Below are positions 18,208-28,569 of a stretch of DNA of 64,000 bases, piece by piece. Position numbers and translations under genes: made by a program. The DNA is from a virus. Numbering within the stretch: position 1 is the stretch's first letter; each line of letters begins with the position of its first letter. Where the stretch lies: IMG/VR virus record IMGVR_UViG_3300031653_000001, positions 4,681-68,680 of that record; one strand, 5' to 3'. The notes under the pieces were generated by a model that did no database searches, was not told the origin of the DNA, and saw only the letters and a program-made list of their open reading frames with translations.

Positions 18208-18741
18208 ATGAATAAAAGTTTTAGGGTAGACACAACTATGGTTGATTTATATGCAAATCAGTTGCTGATGACTACAGATTTGGGGATTAAAAGATCTGTA
18301 TACAATTATATTACAGCCCTTACATTATTTGCTTATAAAAGGGTTGCATATTTGTTAAGTTCAAGAGCAAAACATTCAACTGGCCATATAAAAGGTAGCA
18401 TAAATATGAATTTGAAAAGTACATCTGATTATATGGAGGGAAAAGTTACAGTAGGTAAAAACTATGAAGTTCCATATCAGAGGGCATTGGAATATGGAAT
18501 TAAAATAAGAAAGACAATAGTGGGGAAACCTTTAATGGCTTTTAGAGCAAGTAAATGGCCAAAAGCTAAAACGGCTCCAAACTCTAAAGGCTACTATGTT
18601 TTTCATATGGTTAAGAGAGGTAGATTTAAAGGTCTCAGATATATTAGGGATTCTTATCATACAGTTAAATTGGTTGCAAAAAAATTATATAAAACACAAG
18701 CAATTCCAGAAATAAAAAGAGTTATAATGCCGAGAGGATAA
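18208..18741 (+). CDS. HK97 gp10-like neck/tail-completion protein
   Basis: TGHIKGSI, PYQRALEYG, basic C-terminus; synteny. Confidence 0.65.
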   Translation: MNKSFRVDTTMVDLYANQLLMTTDLGIKRSVYNYITALTLFAYKRVAYLLSSRAKHSTGHIKGSINMNLKSTSDYMEGKVTVGKNYEVPYQRALEYGIKIRKTIVGKPLMAFRASKWPKAKTAPNSKGYYVFHMVKRGRFKGLRYIRDSYHTVKLVAKKLYKTQAIPEIKRVIMPRG

Positions 18742-18743
18742 GA

Positions 18744-19151
18744 ATGATAGTTTTAGCGGAAAGAATTATAGCATATTTAAAAACAGACGCAACATTGGTT
18801 GCTTTACTGTCGGATTCAAACAGTATTTTTGCCATAGAAGCTCCAGTTGAAAAAAAGAAATATATTGTTGTAGATACTGGAATTGGTAAAGTTGATGCTA
18901 GCATACCATTAGCAGATGATAGGATAAGTGTCATAGCCTGTGTAAAAAGATCGGTTGCTGATTCATTTTCTTTGTGTTTAAGCATTGCAAAAAGAATAGA
19001 TGTCTTATTAAATAAAAAAGAACATTTATTGGCAACGGGAGAGTACAATATAATAAGTTTTTATAGAAATGGAGGTTCGGCGATAACATATGATGATAAA
19101 TTAAAAGAATATTGGATGAGTTTAGACTATAACTATATGGTAACAGAGTAA
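18744..19151 (+). CDS. Tail terminator protein
   Basis: AYLKTDATLVALL, IAKRIDVLL; synteny. Confidence 0.65.
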   Translation: MIVLAERIIAYLKTDATLVALLSDSNSIFAIEAPVEKKKYIVVDTGIGKVDASIPLADDRISVIACVKRSVADSFSLCLSIAKRIDVLLNKKEHLLATGEYNIISFYRNGGSAITYDDKLKEYWMSLDYNYMVTE

Positions 19152-19152
19152 T

Positions 19153-19509
19153 ATGGAAAATAAAGAAAAATTTTATTTAATTGATTTTTTCGCAAACGAG
19201 TATAAATGGAGTTTCGCCGAAGCAGTTAAATTTGTATTTGAGACCCCAAACGATATAGTAATGAACCTATACAAAACAGCATTAAAAAGGCAGAGGGATG
19301 ATATACGCCTAAAAACAAAATTAATTGCTTATGCTGTTGGGGCGGGCTTTTCAGGAAAAATGGAAATATTAGACGAGGTTTTTGGTATAAAGAAAAAAGT
19401 TTCAGAAGCAGAATATTTGAATGGTGTAAGAACATTATGGGCTAAAATGGGTAGAGACCCAAAGAAATTAGAAGAAATGATAAAATCTGGGGAGATGATT
19501 AAATTCTAA
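19153..19509 (+). CDS. Probable tail assembly chaperone (gpT-like part)
   Basis: Directly upstream of tape measure; FANEYKWS pattern. Confidence 0.5.
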   Translation: MENKEKFYLIDFFANEYKWSFAEAVKFVFETPNDIVMNLYKTALKRQRDDIRLKTKLIAYAVGAGFSGKMEILDEVFGIKKKVSEAEYLNGVRTLWAKMGRDPKKLEEMIKSGEMIKF

Positions 19510-21809
19510 TGGCTGATTCAACAAATCTATATATTAGAGTAATAGCACTTTTGCAGGGGATGGCCAAATTCAAAATGTTTGGGAGTCAGCTCAAACTTTT
19601 GAAATCTACCTTTAGGGCTGTTTTTAGAACAACAGCTGTTGTTGCGTTTTTTATGATTTTTAGATCGGCCTCGCAAGCAATTCATAATACTATAGAAAAA
19701 ATAAAAAGTTTGGTATCAGAATCAGCAAAACTACAATTTACAGCACAACAGACTGCGACAGTTATATCCTCTGGCGGCGCAAAAACAGCAGAATATTTTA
19801 AAGAAAGTATTGCAATGGCTCGCAAAATGTCCACAGAGACAATGTTTTCAGCCCAAAAAATTCAAGAAGGATTTTTTAGAGCGGCTATGGCTGGATTTGA
19901 AGCCAAAGAAGGTTTTGAAATTGTTAACAAAACTTTAAAAATGGCGACTATAGCTGGGGTAGATTTTAGAGGTTCAATGTCTGGCGTTATTGGTGTTACA
20001 AGGGCATTTGAAGTCAGTATGAAGGAGCTTCCCCATATGGCAGATGCAATGACTGTCGCATTTACAAAAGCAAATATGACTTTTACAGGTCTTATAACTG
20101 CAATGAAATATGTTGCTCCTGTATCAGTGGCGGCATTTGGATCAACATCAAAAACTTTTATAGATACTACATCGGCTTTGATGACTTTAAGTAATTCGGG
20201 GCTAGATATGAGTAGATCAGGTGTGTATTTACGAGGTACTATGTTAAAGTTAATGGGTGCAACCAGCAAAGTTACTTCAGCCTTTGCCAAGTATGGAATA
20301 AACTTATATGAAGGAGATGGTGAGGCAAAGAAATATATGGGTACGATGATTAAGGGTCAGAAAGTAATGTCGGAACTATATGATACTGTAACAAGATTAA
20401 AAGACGCACAATATGATTTATTATTATCTGGTGAAAGTGGAACCGAAGAATATAAAAAAATAGTAAAAGAGTTAGACGAAGCACAGAAAAAATTAACAGA
20501 ATATGGTTCTGGTGTAAAATATGTTCAAGAGCAATTTAGAACAGCAGGCGGAACTTTAAGACCATTATCAAGTATATTATCCGAAATACAAGCAAAGATA
20601 CCAGGGGCGGCAAGTGTTCTTACTAAAATATTTGGTGTTAGGGGTGGTGCTGGTATTGCGACCCTGTTAACTAAATCAAAAGATTTTGAGAAAAATGTTA
20701 AACTTTTAAGTGAAGTTTGGAAAGAAAGTGAAAAAGGCAAAAGTATTTTGAAAGAAATTTTTGTTGATATATTAAAAACAGCACTAGTAAAATGGGAACA
20801 GATTAAAAACACTGTTTTTGCAATATTTAATGTTATTATAGAGTCTGGTTTAGAGGAAATGACACCTGTTTTAGATACTGTTTTGGATGGACTTAAAGAT
20901 GTTTTAGAGGAAATAGAAAATAATAAAGGTGTATTTGGAGAGATATTCAAAACAGTAATTGATGATTATCTTCCAGAAATAAAGAAGTTTTTTAAAACTG
21001 ATTTGCCAAATTTAATAGAAAAAGTAAATGTTTTTGCTCCTGAATGGTCAACACCTTTATATAAATCTAGATTGAATAAAGAAACAGGTAAATGGGAGGC
21101 AACAAAAGTAGAAGAATTAACAGCAGAAACTCCAGGAGGTAGACTTTTAAAATTAGGAGAGTCAATGGCCTCTTATTTTATTGCTAGTTTTATTTCTTTA
21201 TTGAAAAATCATAAAAAAGATTTTTTATTTATGGGGGGGGCTATTGCTACAGGATTAAAAATAATGTTAGAAGGAATGACAAAAACTTTTACAAATTTGG
21301 GAATCGCTATAGCAGATGGAATGATACAAGAAATGTTAAGCAGAATACCAATAATAGGAAAACATTTTACAGCAAAAGGAACTGCCGAGTCAGAAGTAGA
21401 ACGAATAGGAATGTTACAACAAACTCTTATTGCTATAAACCCAGTTATCGGTAGCTTAATTGCGTCTAAATTTCAATCAGAAAAAGAAGCATGGAAGGAG
21501 AGAACAGAACTTTTAGGACACCCAGGGGGTTTGAGGGGAGCATATAAAACTTCAGAAGTAGTTAAAAGAGAAACCGAGACAGTAGCAGAGAGGCTAGGTT
21601 TAGATTTGGACTCTAAAAAATCAGGAGAAACATTAAAAAAAGCAAAATCAGCAGTAAAACGAGAATTTAGGATTATAGAGCTAATTAGTGATACATTAGA
21701 AAAGATTACTACTATGCAAGAAATGTTTGATGGTAGATTAAAAGAACTAGGTTTTATTGTAGGACAAATTCAGAGAAAAAATGATTATACAGGTGTTACG
21801 AAAGATTAA
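19509..21809 (+). CDS. Tail tape measure protein (TP901-type core)
   Basis: Long helical protein; MADAMTVAFTKAN, AMKYVAP, SGVYLR, IFGVRG. Confidence 0.9.
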   Translation: MADSTNLYIRVIALLQGMAKFKMFGSQLKLLKSTFRAVFRTTAVVAFFMIFRSASQAIHNTIEKIKSLVSESAKLQFTAQQTATVISSGGAKTAEYFKESIAMARKMSTETMFSAQKIQEGFFRAAMAGFEAKEGFEIVNKTLKMATIAGVDFRGSMSGVIGVTRAFEVSMKELPHMADAMTVAFTKANMTFTGLITAMKYVAPVSVAAFGSTSKTFIDTTSALMTLSNSGLDMSRSGVYLRGTMLKLMGATSKVTSAFAKYGINLYEGDGEAKKYMGTMIKGQKVMSELYDTVTRLKDAQYDLLLSGESGTEEYKKIVKELDEAQKKLTEYGSGVKYVQEQFRTAGGTLRPLSSILSEIQAKIPGAASVLTKIFGVRGGAGIATLLTKSKDFEKNVKLLSEVWKESEKGKSILKEIFVDILKTALVKWEQIKNTVFAIFNVIIESGLEEMTPVLDTVLDGLKDVLEEIENNKGVFGEIFKTVIDDYLPEIKKFFKTDLPNLIEKVNVFAPEWSTPLYKSRLNKETGKWEATKVEELTAETPGGRLLKLGESMASYFIASFISLLKNHKKDFLFMGGAIATGLKIMLEGMTKTFTNLGIAIADGMIQEMLSRIPIIGKHFTAKGTAESEVERIGMLQQTLIAINPVIGSLIASKFQSEKEAWKERTELLGHPGGLRGAYKTSEVVKRETETVAERLGLDLDSKKSGETLKKAKSAVKREFRIIELISDTLEKITTMQEMFDGRLKELGFIVGQIQRKNDYTGVTKD

Positions 21810-21814
21810 ATATT

Positions 21815-22195
21815 ATGGCAAACTTTAAGCGAGTAAAATTTACAGTAGATTCGGTAGATTACAATTTGGGCTATTATGAATGGATAACTGAATCATATAA
21901 TGGCAATACCCAAACTCGCATTGTGCCGAGAGCTAAAGGTGTTAAGTTATGGGACACTGAAGAATTGGGTGGTGGCGAATTAACTATTCGTGTGGATGTT
22001 TTTATTACATCTACATCACGTCTGAATTTGGAACAGCAAATAAATACTTTAATAACGAATATAGCGGGCAAAAAAGGAACTCTAACGATAGATGATACTT
22101 TAGTATTTACAGATTGTGCTATGCAAAGCCTACAGCCATCTGGTGATGTGTTGAAGGATTCATATTTTACAATAATATTTATAAAGAGTATGTAA
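21815..22195 (+). CDS. Probable distal tail protein
   Basis: Immediately after tape measure; beta-rich 126 aa. Confidence 0.5.
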   Translation: MANFKRVKFTVDSVDYNLGYYEWITESYNGNTQTRIVPRAKGVKLWDTEELGGGELTIRVDVFITSTSRLNLEQQINTLITNIAGKKGTLTIDDTLVFTDCAMQSLQPSGDVLKDSYFTIIFIKSM

Positions 22196-22207
22196 TAGGA
22201 GATAAAA

Positions 22208-22498
22208 ATGTTAGTAATAAAGACAAACGAAAATGTTTCTTTTCCGATAACCAAAGGTAAATATGATGGTGCTTTGATTTATAATGATATAGAGATTTTT
22301 AAAGGTGAAATAAATGTTGCTATTCTTCACGTAGGCTCATTTAACCAACCTTTTAAACTCCAATTTTATAAGATTAATGATAAGTATTATTATCACGATG
22401 GTAGTGATAAATTGTTTAATAGTGAAATGGAAGTAAATTCATTCATTGAGCAATCAATGACTATAATGAGGAACCAATTAATAAGGAGTAAATTATGA
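22208..22498 (+). CDS. Hypothetical protein (tail region)
   Basis: AGGAG RBS. Confidence 0.5.
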   Translation: MLVIKTNENVSFPITKGKYDGALIYNDIEIFKGEINVAILHVGSFNQPFKLQFYKINDKYYYHDGSDKLFNSEMEVNSFIEQSMTIMRNQLIRSKL

Positions 22499-22986
22499 GT
22501 GCTACGATTGTGGTCGTACAGCGAAGCGGAATAGGATATAGTGCGAGTGATGTAGCGAAAGCGTTGTTTTATTTTTTGCCAATAGATAGTAATGTCGAAG
22601 AACCAGCGGATAATCCTGTAGAGGCGCCAGCCGCTGGAACTGTGTATTCATATGAGCTTTGGTTGAAATTCAGGGTAGATGTAGCCCCATCAACTCAATG
22701 CAATGAGTTTAAGATTTGGACTTCTGGTTCATTAACTCTGGGCAACAATATTACTATCAACACTACCGATATTTCGACATACACAGCCCCTGTAAATAGT
22801 AAGTCAAATAAAGGAACAAGGGCAGATGTAACAGATTATACATCGGAGAATAAACTTTCTATCGCAGGGACATTGGTAAATATTGGCGATGTAAGTAATT
22901 ATATGGTTTTTCAATTAGAGTTAAGCTCATTGGCAGTGGCGGGGGACGAAAACTTTACTATATATTATCAATATACTGAAACTTAA
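22495..22986 (+). CDS. Putative virion structural protein
   Basis: AAGGAG RBS; YSYELWLKF, YMVFQL, YQYTE beta-sandwich-like composition. Confidence 0.55.
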   Translation: MSATIVVVQRSGIGYSASDVAKALFYFLPIDSNVEEPADNPVEAPAAGTVYSYELWLKFRVDVAPSTQCNEFKIWTSGSLTLGNNITINTTDISTYTAPVNSKSNKGTRADVTDYTSENKLSIAGTLVNIGDVSNYMVFQLELSSLAVAGDENFTIYYQYTET

Positions 22987-23006
22987 AATAATAGGAGGAA
23001 AGAGAA

Positions 23007-23276
23007 ATGAAGTATAAGTCAGGTTATGAGGAAAATGTTGATACAAGCGGAAAAGTGTTAGATTCAAGTGATTTTGGTTTTAATAGTTTTGATTATTTTA
23101 GTATTTTTACAGATAGTAATATTACATTAGAGATTTATCAAGGAGCTTATGGAAGCACTATTAGAATATCAGCAAATAATGGATTTAGCAGAGCAATTTA
23201 TGGTACTAAATTAAGAATTAAAGCTGTTACAGGAACAGCTAATATTACATGGTATGTAGATAGTACAAAAGTTTAA
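23007..23276 (+). CDS. Putative virion protein
   Basis: AGGAGG RBS; beta-rich. Confidence 0.5.
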   Translation: MKYKSGYEENVDTSGKVLDSSDFGFNSFDYFSIFTDSNITLEIYQGAYGSTIRISANNGFSRAIYGTKLRIKAVTGTANITWYVDSTKV

Positions 23277-23295
23277 AAATATAGGAGGAATAATA

Positions 23296-24633
23296 ATGGG
23301 TTTTTTTAGTGGATCTGTTACATTAAATGGTATTCAATTAAAGGGATTTAAAGACACAACGGCTGACCTACCTTTAACTGGGAATACTCAAAATGATGTT
23401 TATATGGTCAGATCAGATGACCATTGGTATACATGGAATAAAGCTGAATCATCTGGATTAATTACAGATTGGGTAGATATGGGGGGTGCAACTTCAATAG
23501 CTTGGAGTATCATAACAGATAAACCTAGTTCTTCGGTAAGTGATATAGACAGTGCGGTTTCTTTAAAACATAATGGAAGTACACAAGATACTGCTATTGG
23601 TTTGAATACAACACATAGAGGAGTAGTAACAGGAAATCCACACAGCGTATCTAAAAGTAATGTGGGGTTAGGTAATGTAGATAATAAATCTGAAGCCACT
23701 ATAATTACTAATGTTAAAGCAGACAGCGATGTTGCAGATGCTATTTCTAAGAAACATGCCCAAAATTCAGATACTCAACTTGGAACTATGGCAGCAAATA
23801 TTAATATGAACTCTCATAAACTTACAGGTCTATCAGTTCCATCTACTGATGGGGATTCTATTAGAGCAACTTCTAAAATAACTGAAGCTGCTTTGGAGTC
23901 TACTATAGATGATGTACACACTCAAAATAGTGATACCCAATTAGATAGTGGTGTTTTAGAAGTAGATGCCTCAGACAACTTGGTACTAACCCAAAATAGT
24001 GTTGCGGTAATGACTTCTTTAAATGAAAGTGCAGTAGCTAATACACTTTATTTGAAAGAAGGTTTCGTAGGTCTGGGAACAAATGCTCCTGGTTGTGGAT
24101 TGCACGTAGGAGCAGATGATGTTGGAAGAATCACTACTGCTATAAATAGTATTGGAGATGCTTTTATTAGAAATGATTTACAGGTACAATCTAATCTTTG
24201 GCTTGGTGGAAGCGGTAGACTTAATTTTTATGATACTACAAATTCTAAATATTATGCAAGTTTTGTTAAGGTGATTGATGAGGGATTTCATTTAGGAATA
24301 GGCACGGATGACGGTCGTGCAAATAGAAATTTTGTAATTGTAGACTATGATTATGTAGATAATGACTATGACCATTCAACTTTATCTGCTGACCCTACTT
24401 TGTTTATACACTCCGCTACAGCAGCAGCTACAGCTACTAATCAATGGATTTCTTTTACTCATGATAAAACAGACGGAGTAATAACAACTGGGAAAGGGAC
24501 ATTAAATTTAGGAAGTGCAGATGGCAAAGTAAATTTTTCTACAGCAACAAGAGTAGCTTCAACAGTAACACATGATGGATATGTGGAATTGGAAATAGCG
24601 GGTTCAAGCTATAAGTTTATGTTGGGTTCATAA
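23296..24633 (+). CDS. Tail fiber-like protein
   Basis: IAWSIITDKP, NPHSVSKSNVGLGNVDN, HAQNSDTQL/HTQNSDTQL repeats, VGLGTNAP...LHV. Confidence 0.75.
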   Translation: MGFFSGSVTLNGIQLKGFKDTTADLPLTGNTQNDVYMVRSDDHWYTWNKAESSGLITDWVDMGGATSIAWSIITDKPSSSVSDIDSAVSLKHNGSTQDTAIGLNTTHRGVVTGNPHSVSKSNVGLGNVDNKSEATIITNVKADSDVADAISKKHAQNSDTQLGTMAANINMNSHKLTGLSVPSTDGDSIRATSKITEAALESTIDDVHTQNSDTQLDSGVLEVDASDNLVLTQNSVAVMTSLNESAVANTLYLKEGFVGLGTNAPGCGLHVGADDVGRITTAINSIGDAFIRNDLQVQSNLWLGGSGRLNFYDTTNSKYYASFVKVIDEGFHLGIGTDDGRANRNFVIVDYDYVDNDYDHSTLSADPTLFIHSATAAATATNQWISFTHDKTDGVITTGKGTLNLGSADGKVNFSTATRVASTVTHDGYVELEIAGSSYKFMLGS

Positions 24634-24655
24634 TATTGAAAAAAGGAGGATTCAG

Positions 24656-25135
24656 ATGGAAAAAGTTGAAAGAATTAAGTTGTTTGGTTTGTTAAATGCT
24701 ATTGAGTCGGTTAAAACTATTAAAGATGTTAAATTTGCTTATGCACTTGTAAAGAATAAGAAAAGAATTAAAGAGGAAATAGAATTATTAAAAGAAGCTA
24801 CAAAAGTTTCAGATAAACTACAAGAGTATGAGAAAAAAAGAATAATGCTATGTAAGCAATATTGTGAAAAAGATGATAATAAAAAACCAATTATAAAAAA
24901 TAATAGTTATTGTGGTTTGGACAATAACAAAAATTTTAACGAAGAAATAAAAAAATTAAGAGAGGAATACAAAGAAGAATTAGACAATAGAGAAAAACAG
25001 ATAGAAGATTACAACAAGCTATTAGAAGAAAAAGTAGAAATTGATTTTTACAAGATTTCTTTGAAAAATATTCCACAGGATATTTCTGCGGAACAATTAG
25101 AACCATTAATGATTTTAGTAAATGAAGAAAAATAA
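24656..25135 (+). CDS. DUF1617-like coiled-coil protein following tail fiber
   Basis: VKFAYALVKNKK, EYEKKRIMLCKQY; AGGAGG RBS. Confidence 0.55.
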   Translation: MEKVERIKLFGLLNAIESVKTIKDVKFAYALVKNKKRIKEEIELLKEATKVSDKLQEYEKKRIMLCKQYCEKDDNKKPIIKNNSYCGLDNNKNFNEEIKKLREEYKEELDNREKQIEDYNKLLEEKVEIDFYKISLKNIPQDISAEQLEPLMILVNEEK

Positions 25136-25430
25136 AATATTATTACTACTATTTTTATGGTTGTTTACTGGTTGTACAATATCAAATTCTATTTTATTTG
25201 GCAGAACATTGAATGATTTTTGTCAACATAAATCTTGTTGTCAGCAAGCAATGTTATATGCAGAATATATAGAAGGGAAGGCAATGTCTAATGGAACACA
25301 TTGCTTTGTAGTAAAGAACGAAAAACTTTATGATTCAACTTGTATGAAATATACAGGGTTTTCTATACATAGTTGGAGAGTACAAAAAGTGTATGGGAAG
25401 CCCATTAATTGGAAAGAGTTAAAGCGATGA
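25122..25430 (+). CDS. Putative lipoprotein with transglutaminase-like Cys/His/Asp residues
   Basis: MKKNKILLLLFLWLFTGC lipobox; SCCQQA...THCFVV...LYDST. Confidence 0.45.
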   Translation: MKKNKILLLLFLWLFTGCTISNSILFGRTLNDFCQHKSCCQQAMLYAEYIEGKAMSNGTHCFVVKNEKLYDSTCMKYTGFSIHSWRVQKVYGKPINWKELKR

Positions 25431-25615
25431 TAAATAAAGTAGATTTGTTAGTGAAAATAGAAAAAGCAAAGGGAGAGATTACAGAGATTTTAACTTTATT
25501 AAAAGATAGTGAATACTATTATTGGTATTATTCTTTTCGGACAGTAGTGAGAGAGTTAGATAAAAGAGTTAAAAAGTTTAATGAGGATTTGAAAAATGGC
25601 AAACAAAATCTATAA
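25409..25615 (+). CDS. Hypothetical protein
   Basis: Overlaps neighbours. Confidence 0.45.
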   Translation: MERVKAMINKVDLLVKIEKAKGEITEILTLLKDSEYYYWYYSFRTVVRELDKRVKKFNEDLKNGKQNL

Positions 25616-27659
25616 TTTTGATACTCCAAGCGAATATTCCTATGATGATACTAAAATTGTTGTTGAGAATGGACTTGCTAAATTAAAAGAAAATTTAACT
25701 AATGTTTATGTAAGATACCATTTGAATGAAGCAACAGGAGCAACGGTTTTAGATTCTTCTGGAAATGGAAGAAACGGAACCCCAGTAAATAATCCTTCTT
25801 CTGTTGCTGGAAAATTAAATAATTGTTTATCTTTTAATGGAAGTAATCAAGTTATTAAAGCAACAACCGCCTTTCCATCTAATATTTATAGTGTTGAAAT
25901 GTGGGTATACAAAAATAGTTCTGATTCTTCTTATATATTTGATGCAAGAACAAGTGAAAGTATAGGTATAGGATATTCATTTATATCAAACAACATAATT
26001 AATGTTTCATCAGGTATTGTTTATATTGATGGAATATTGGGAACAAATTTCTCTGCTGGTTCGTGGCATCATCTAGTAATTTCGGGCATTATATTAGAAT
26101 CAACTGAAATAACAATTGGGTGTAGATATTCTATGAGACCACCTCCTCAAGATAGCTGGTTTAGTGGTAAAATAGATGAGATGATAATTTACAATAAAGT
26201 ATTAACTCAAGAAGAAGTTTCTTATCGTTATAACGCTGGAATAGGACGAGAACATTTATATTATTATTCTGATAAACCAACAATAAAACCTACAACCTCT
26301 TGGACAATATCAGGTCTTTCACAATTTACTGCTTTTGTAGAAACTTTAGGCGGGGGGAATCAGGGTAATTTAGCATATCAATTATCAGATGATGGGGGAG
26401 TAAATTGGAGATATTGGAATGGAAGTACTTGGGCGGTTACATCTGACCAGTATAATGATGCTTTAACTGTTCACACAAATATTGGAAGTTTTCCAATAGG
26501 TAATGAAAAAATAATGTTTAGAGCGTTTCTGATAAGTGATGGGGAACAAAAAGTAGAATTAGATACTTTAGAATTTACAGCATTAGTAGGAGATCCCCCA
26601 GTTGTCTATGCAGGTGCGGATAAATCCTGTTATGACCACGAAACTAAGAAACCTTTTTCAGATTGTGTTATAGAAGATCCAGATGGGGACATTGAACAAG
26701 CAAGTGCTTGGTATAATATTGAAGGAAGCGGTTGGATTAACATTCCTAAAGGGGATTATGGGACTCTGCAAGAAGCTATTAGGAATTGGCAATATACTTT
26801 TGATAATATTGCAGTCGTAAACTGTCAGTTAAAGATTATAGACCAATCAAGTAAAGAAACAATAGATGATATGAATATGACTTGCAAAAAATACACAGTA
26901 ACTTTTAACATTAAAGACAAAGATGGAAATCATTTAGCAAATTTTCAATTTTTACCTAATGATGGTTCAGATTGGCAAACTTTAAACTCCCCTTTTACTT
27001 GGGATTATAATTGGCAAGAAGCTGTATACAAGATTATTATAGATAAAGTAGGGTTTCAAACAGCAAAAGCGGATGTGGAAGTAAGTGTTCATACCGAAGA
27101 TATAACAATGAATGTTTTAGGTGCTGTAAGTCCTGAAGAAATTGCTGATGCAGTATGGGATGAATTAAAAGCAGGACATACAATAGCTAATTCTTTTGGA
27201 GATACAAATCAAAAGAAGGTTCCCAGTGAAAATGTAGCGGATTATAAAGCAAGTGAATCAGATTTAAACGCTATTAAAGTGAATACTGATAAGATTCCTA
27301 CAGTAGAAACAAATGTTGATTTAATTAAGGCAAAAACAGATAATTTACCTGTTGACCCAACAAGCGAAACAAATGCTACTACAGATAAAAATTTAATTAT
27401 AACCGAAATAAACGCAAATGAAATTAAATTAGATAATATTGATATTTTAATTAAACGAATTTTGGGACTAAATAAAGAAAATTATAAACTTTATGATACT
27501 ATTTATGATGGTAATCAACAATTGATAACTGGGAAGATAAAAATATATCCTACAGCAACAGATTTAGATAATGATACTAATGTTTTAGGAGCTTATCAAA
27601 TAAATACAGAATACAATACTAATGCAACTTGTAAAACCTTTAAGGTGAAAAAAATATGA
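25596..27659 (+). CDS. LamG/concanavalin-domain virion protein
   Basis: LDSSGNGRNGT, GKLNNCLSFNG, WHHL, FSGKIDEMIIYNKVLT; IADAVWDE motif. Confidence 0.8.
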   Translation: MANKIYNFDTPSEYSYDDTKIVVENGLAKLKENLTNVYVRYHLNEATGATVLDSSGNGRNGTPVNNPSSVAGKLNNCLSFNGSNQVIKATTAFPSNIYSVEMWVYKNSSDSSYIFDARTSESIGIGYSFISNNIINVSSGIVYIDGILGTNFSAGSWHHLVISGIILESTEITIGCRYSMRPPPQDSWFSGKIDEMIIYNKVLTQEEVSYRYNAGIGREHLYYYSDKPTIKPTTSWTISGLSQFTAFVETLGGGNQGNLAYQLSDDGGVNWRYWNGSTWAVTSDQYNDALTVHTNIGSFPIGNEKIMFRAFLISDGEQKVELDTLEFTALVGDPPVVYAGADKSCYDHETKKPFSDCVIEDPDGDIEQASAWYNIEGSGWINIPKGDYGTLQEAIRNWQYTFDNIAVVNCQLKIIDQSSKETIDDMNMTCKKYTVTFNIKDKDGNHLANFQFLPNDGSDWQTLNSPFTWDYNWQEAVYKIIIDKVGFQTAKADVEVSVHTEDITMNVLGAVSPEEIADAVWDELKAGHTIANSFGDTNQKKVPSENVADYKASESDLNAIKVNTDKIPTVETNVDLIKAKTDNLPVDPTSETNATTDKNLIITEINANEIKLDNIDILIKRILGLNKENYKLYDTIYDGNQQLITGKIKIYPTATDLDNDTNVLGAYQINTEYNTNATCKTFKVKKI

Positions 27660-27817
27660 TAACTTATGTTACAAGTGGATTAATAGGAGTAGGTACAGTT
27701 AATCCTATACAAACAGTGCAAGAAATAAATATAGATATGACAATAGAGCCGATTAATATCGGTATAATAATAGATGAGATTAATATAAAATTGGAATTAA
27801 ATGAGGGGGGGGGGTAG
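27656..27817 (+). CDS. Small hypothetical protein (53 aa, not in ORF track) ending in a G10 tract
   Basis: ATGA overlap with upstream gene; MITYVTSGLIG...ELNEGGG*. Confidence 0.5.
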   Translation: MITYVTSGLIGVGTVNPIQTVQEINIDMTIEPINIGIIIDEINIKLELNEGGG

Positions 27818-27821
27818 AATA

Positions 27822-28154
27822 ATGCTGACTATTAATAATCAAGTTAAAAATAAACTGACCTTAAAACAAAAGGAAGCAAAAACATTAATCTTTACTTATA
27901 ATGTAGATATAACGGAGGCTATTTTTAGTTTAGTAGTTTTAAATAGAACAGGGGAGCAAATAATAACAAAAATAGATGATGATTTCGATAAGTCAGATAA
28001 GATTAATAAAATAGTAAAAGTATGTTTAGATAGCAGTGATTTAGATGTAGCAAAGGGTACTTATGACCTTGCGCTTAGAACTGTATGGGACGATGTAAGT
28101 TCTGTAGATATTTCAGATACTATAAGATTAACAATAGAAGAAAGTTTGTTTTAA
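27822..28154 (+). CDS. BppU N-terminal-like baseplate/tail protein
   Basis: DITEA.FS, VKVCLDSSDLD..GTYDLAL pattern; ATG at 27822 after G-rich RBS. Confidence 0.5.
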   Translation: MLTINNQVKNKLTLKQKEAKTLIFTYNVDITEAIFSLVVLNRTGEQIITKIDDDFDKSDKINKIVKVCLDSSDLDVAKGTYDLALRTVWDDVSSVDISDTIRLTIEESLF

Positions 28155-28226
28155 TGATAAATAATTGGCGATCAAGTGTTTATAAATAAGGTAGGATTAA
28201 GCTGGGAGAATTAACAAGAGAATAGT

Positions 28227-28541
28227 ATGAAAATTAACAGAAATTATTTAGGCGCAGAAACAACAGATATAATAATACCATATGCTTTTAGAGATTCAGT
28301 AGCAGATTTATCGGCATTATCGGCAATAACAAGTCCTTTAGATGGAGAAATTCGATATGTAATATCTGAATCTAAAAATTATCAATATGATAAAAGTGTA
28401 GGTACTTGGGACATTATTAATTTATCTGAATCTTCTGTAGAAAATGCTGTTACATCAGAACAAGATGGTGATTGGAAAAAAGTTTTAAAAATTTATTATA
28501 ATCCAACAACAGGAAATATAAAAATATTATATGAGGAATAA
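28227..28541 (+). CDS. Tail-associated protein
   Basis: SVADLSAL...DGEIRYV...YQYD...W fiber-type motif. Confidence 0.55.
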   Translation: MKINRNYLGAETTDIIIPYAFRDSVADLSALSAITSPLDGEIRYVISESKNYQYDKSVGTWDIINLSESSVENAVTSEQDGDWKKVLKIYYNPTTGNIKILYEE

Positions 28542-28569
28542 AAAATCTAGATAAAGGAGGTATAATTTT

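Noticed and set aside
21233-21240. G8 tract in tape measure gene as a phase-variation site
   Set aside because: In frame (Met-Gly-Gly-Ala) within an essential gene; slippage would only truncate it
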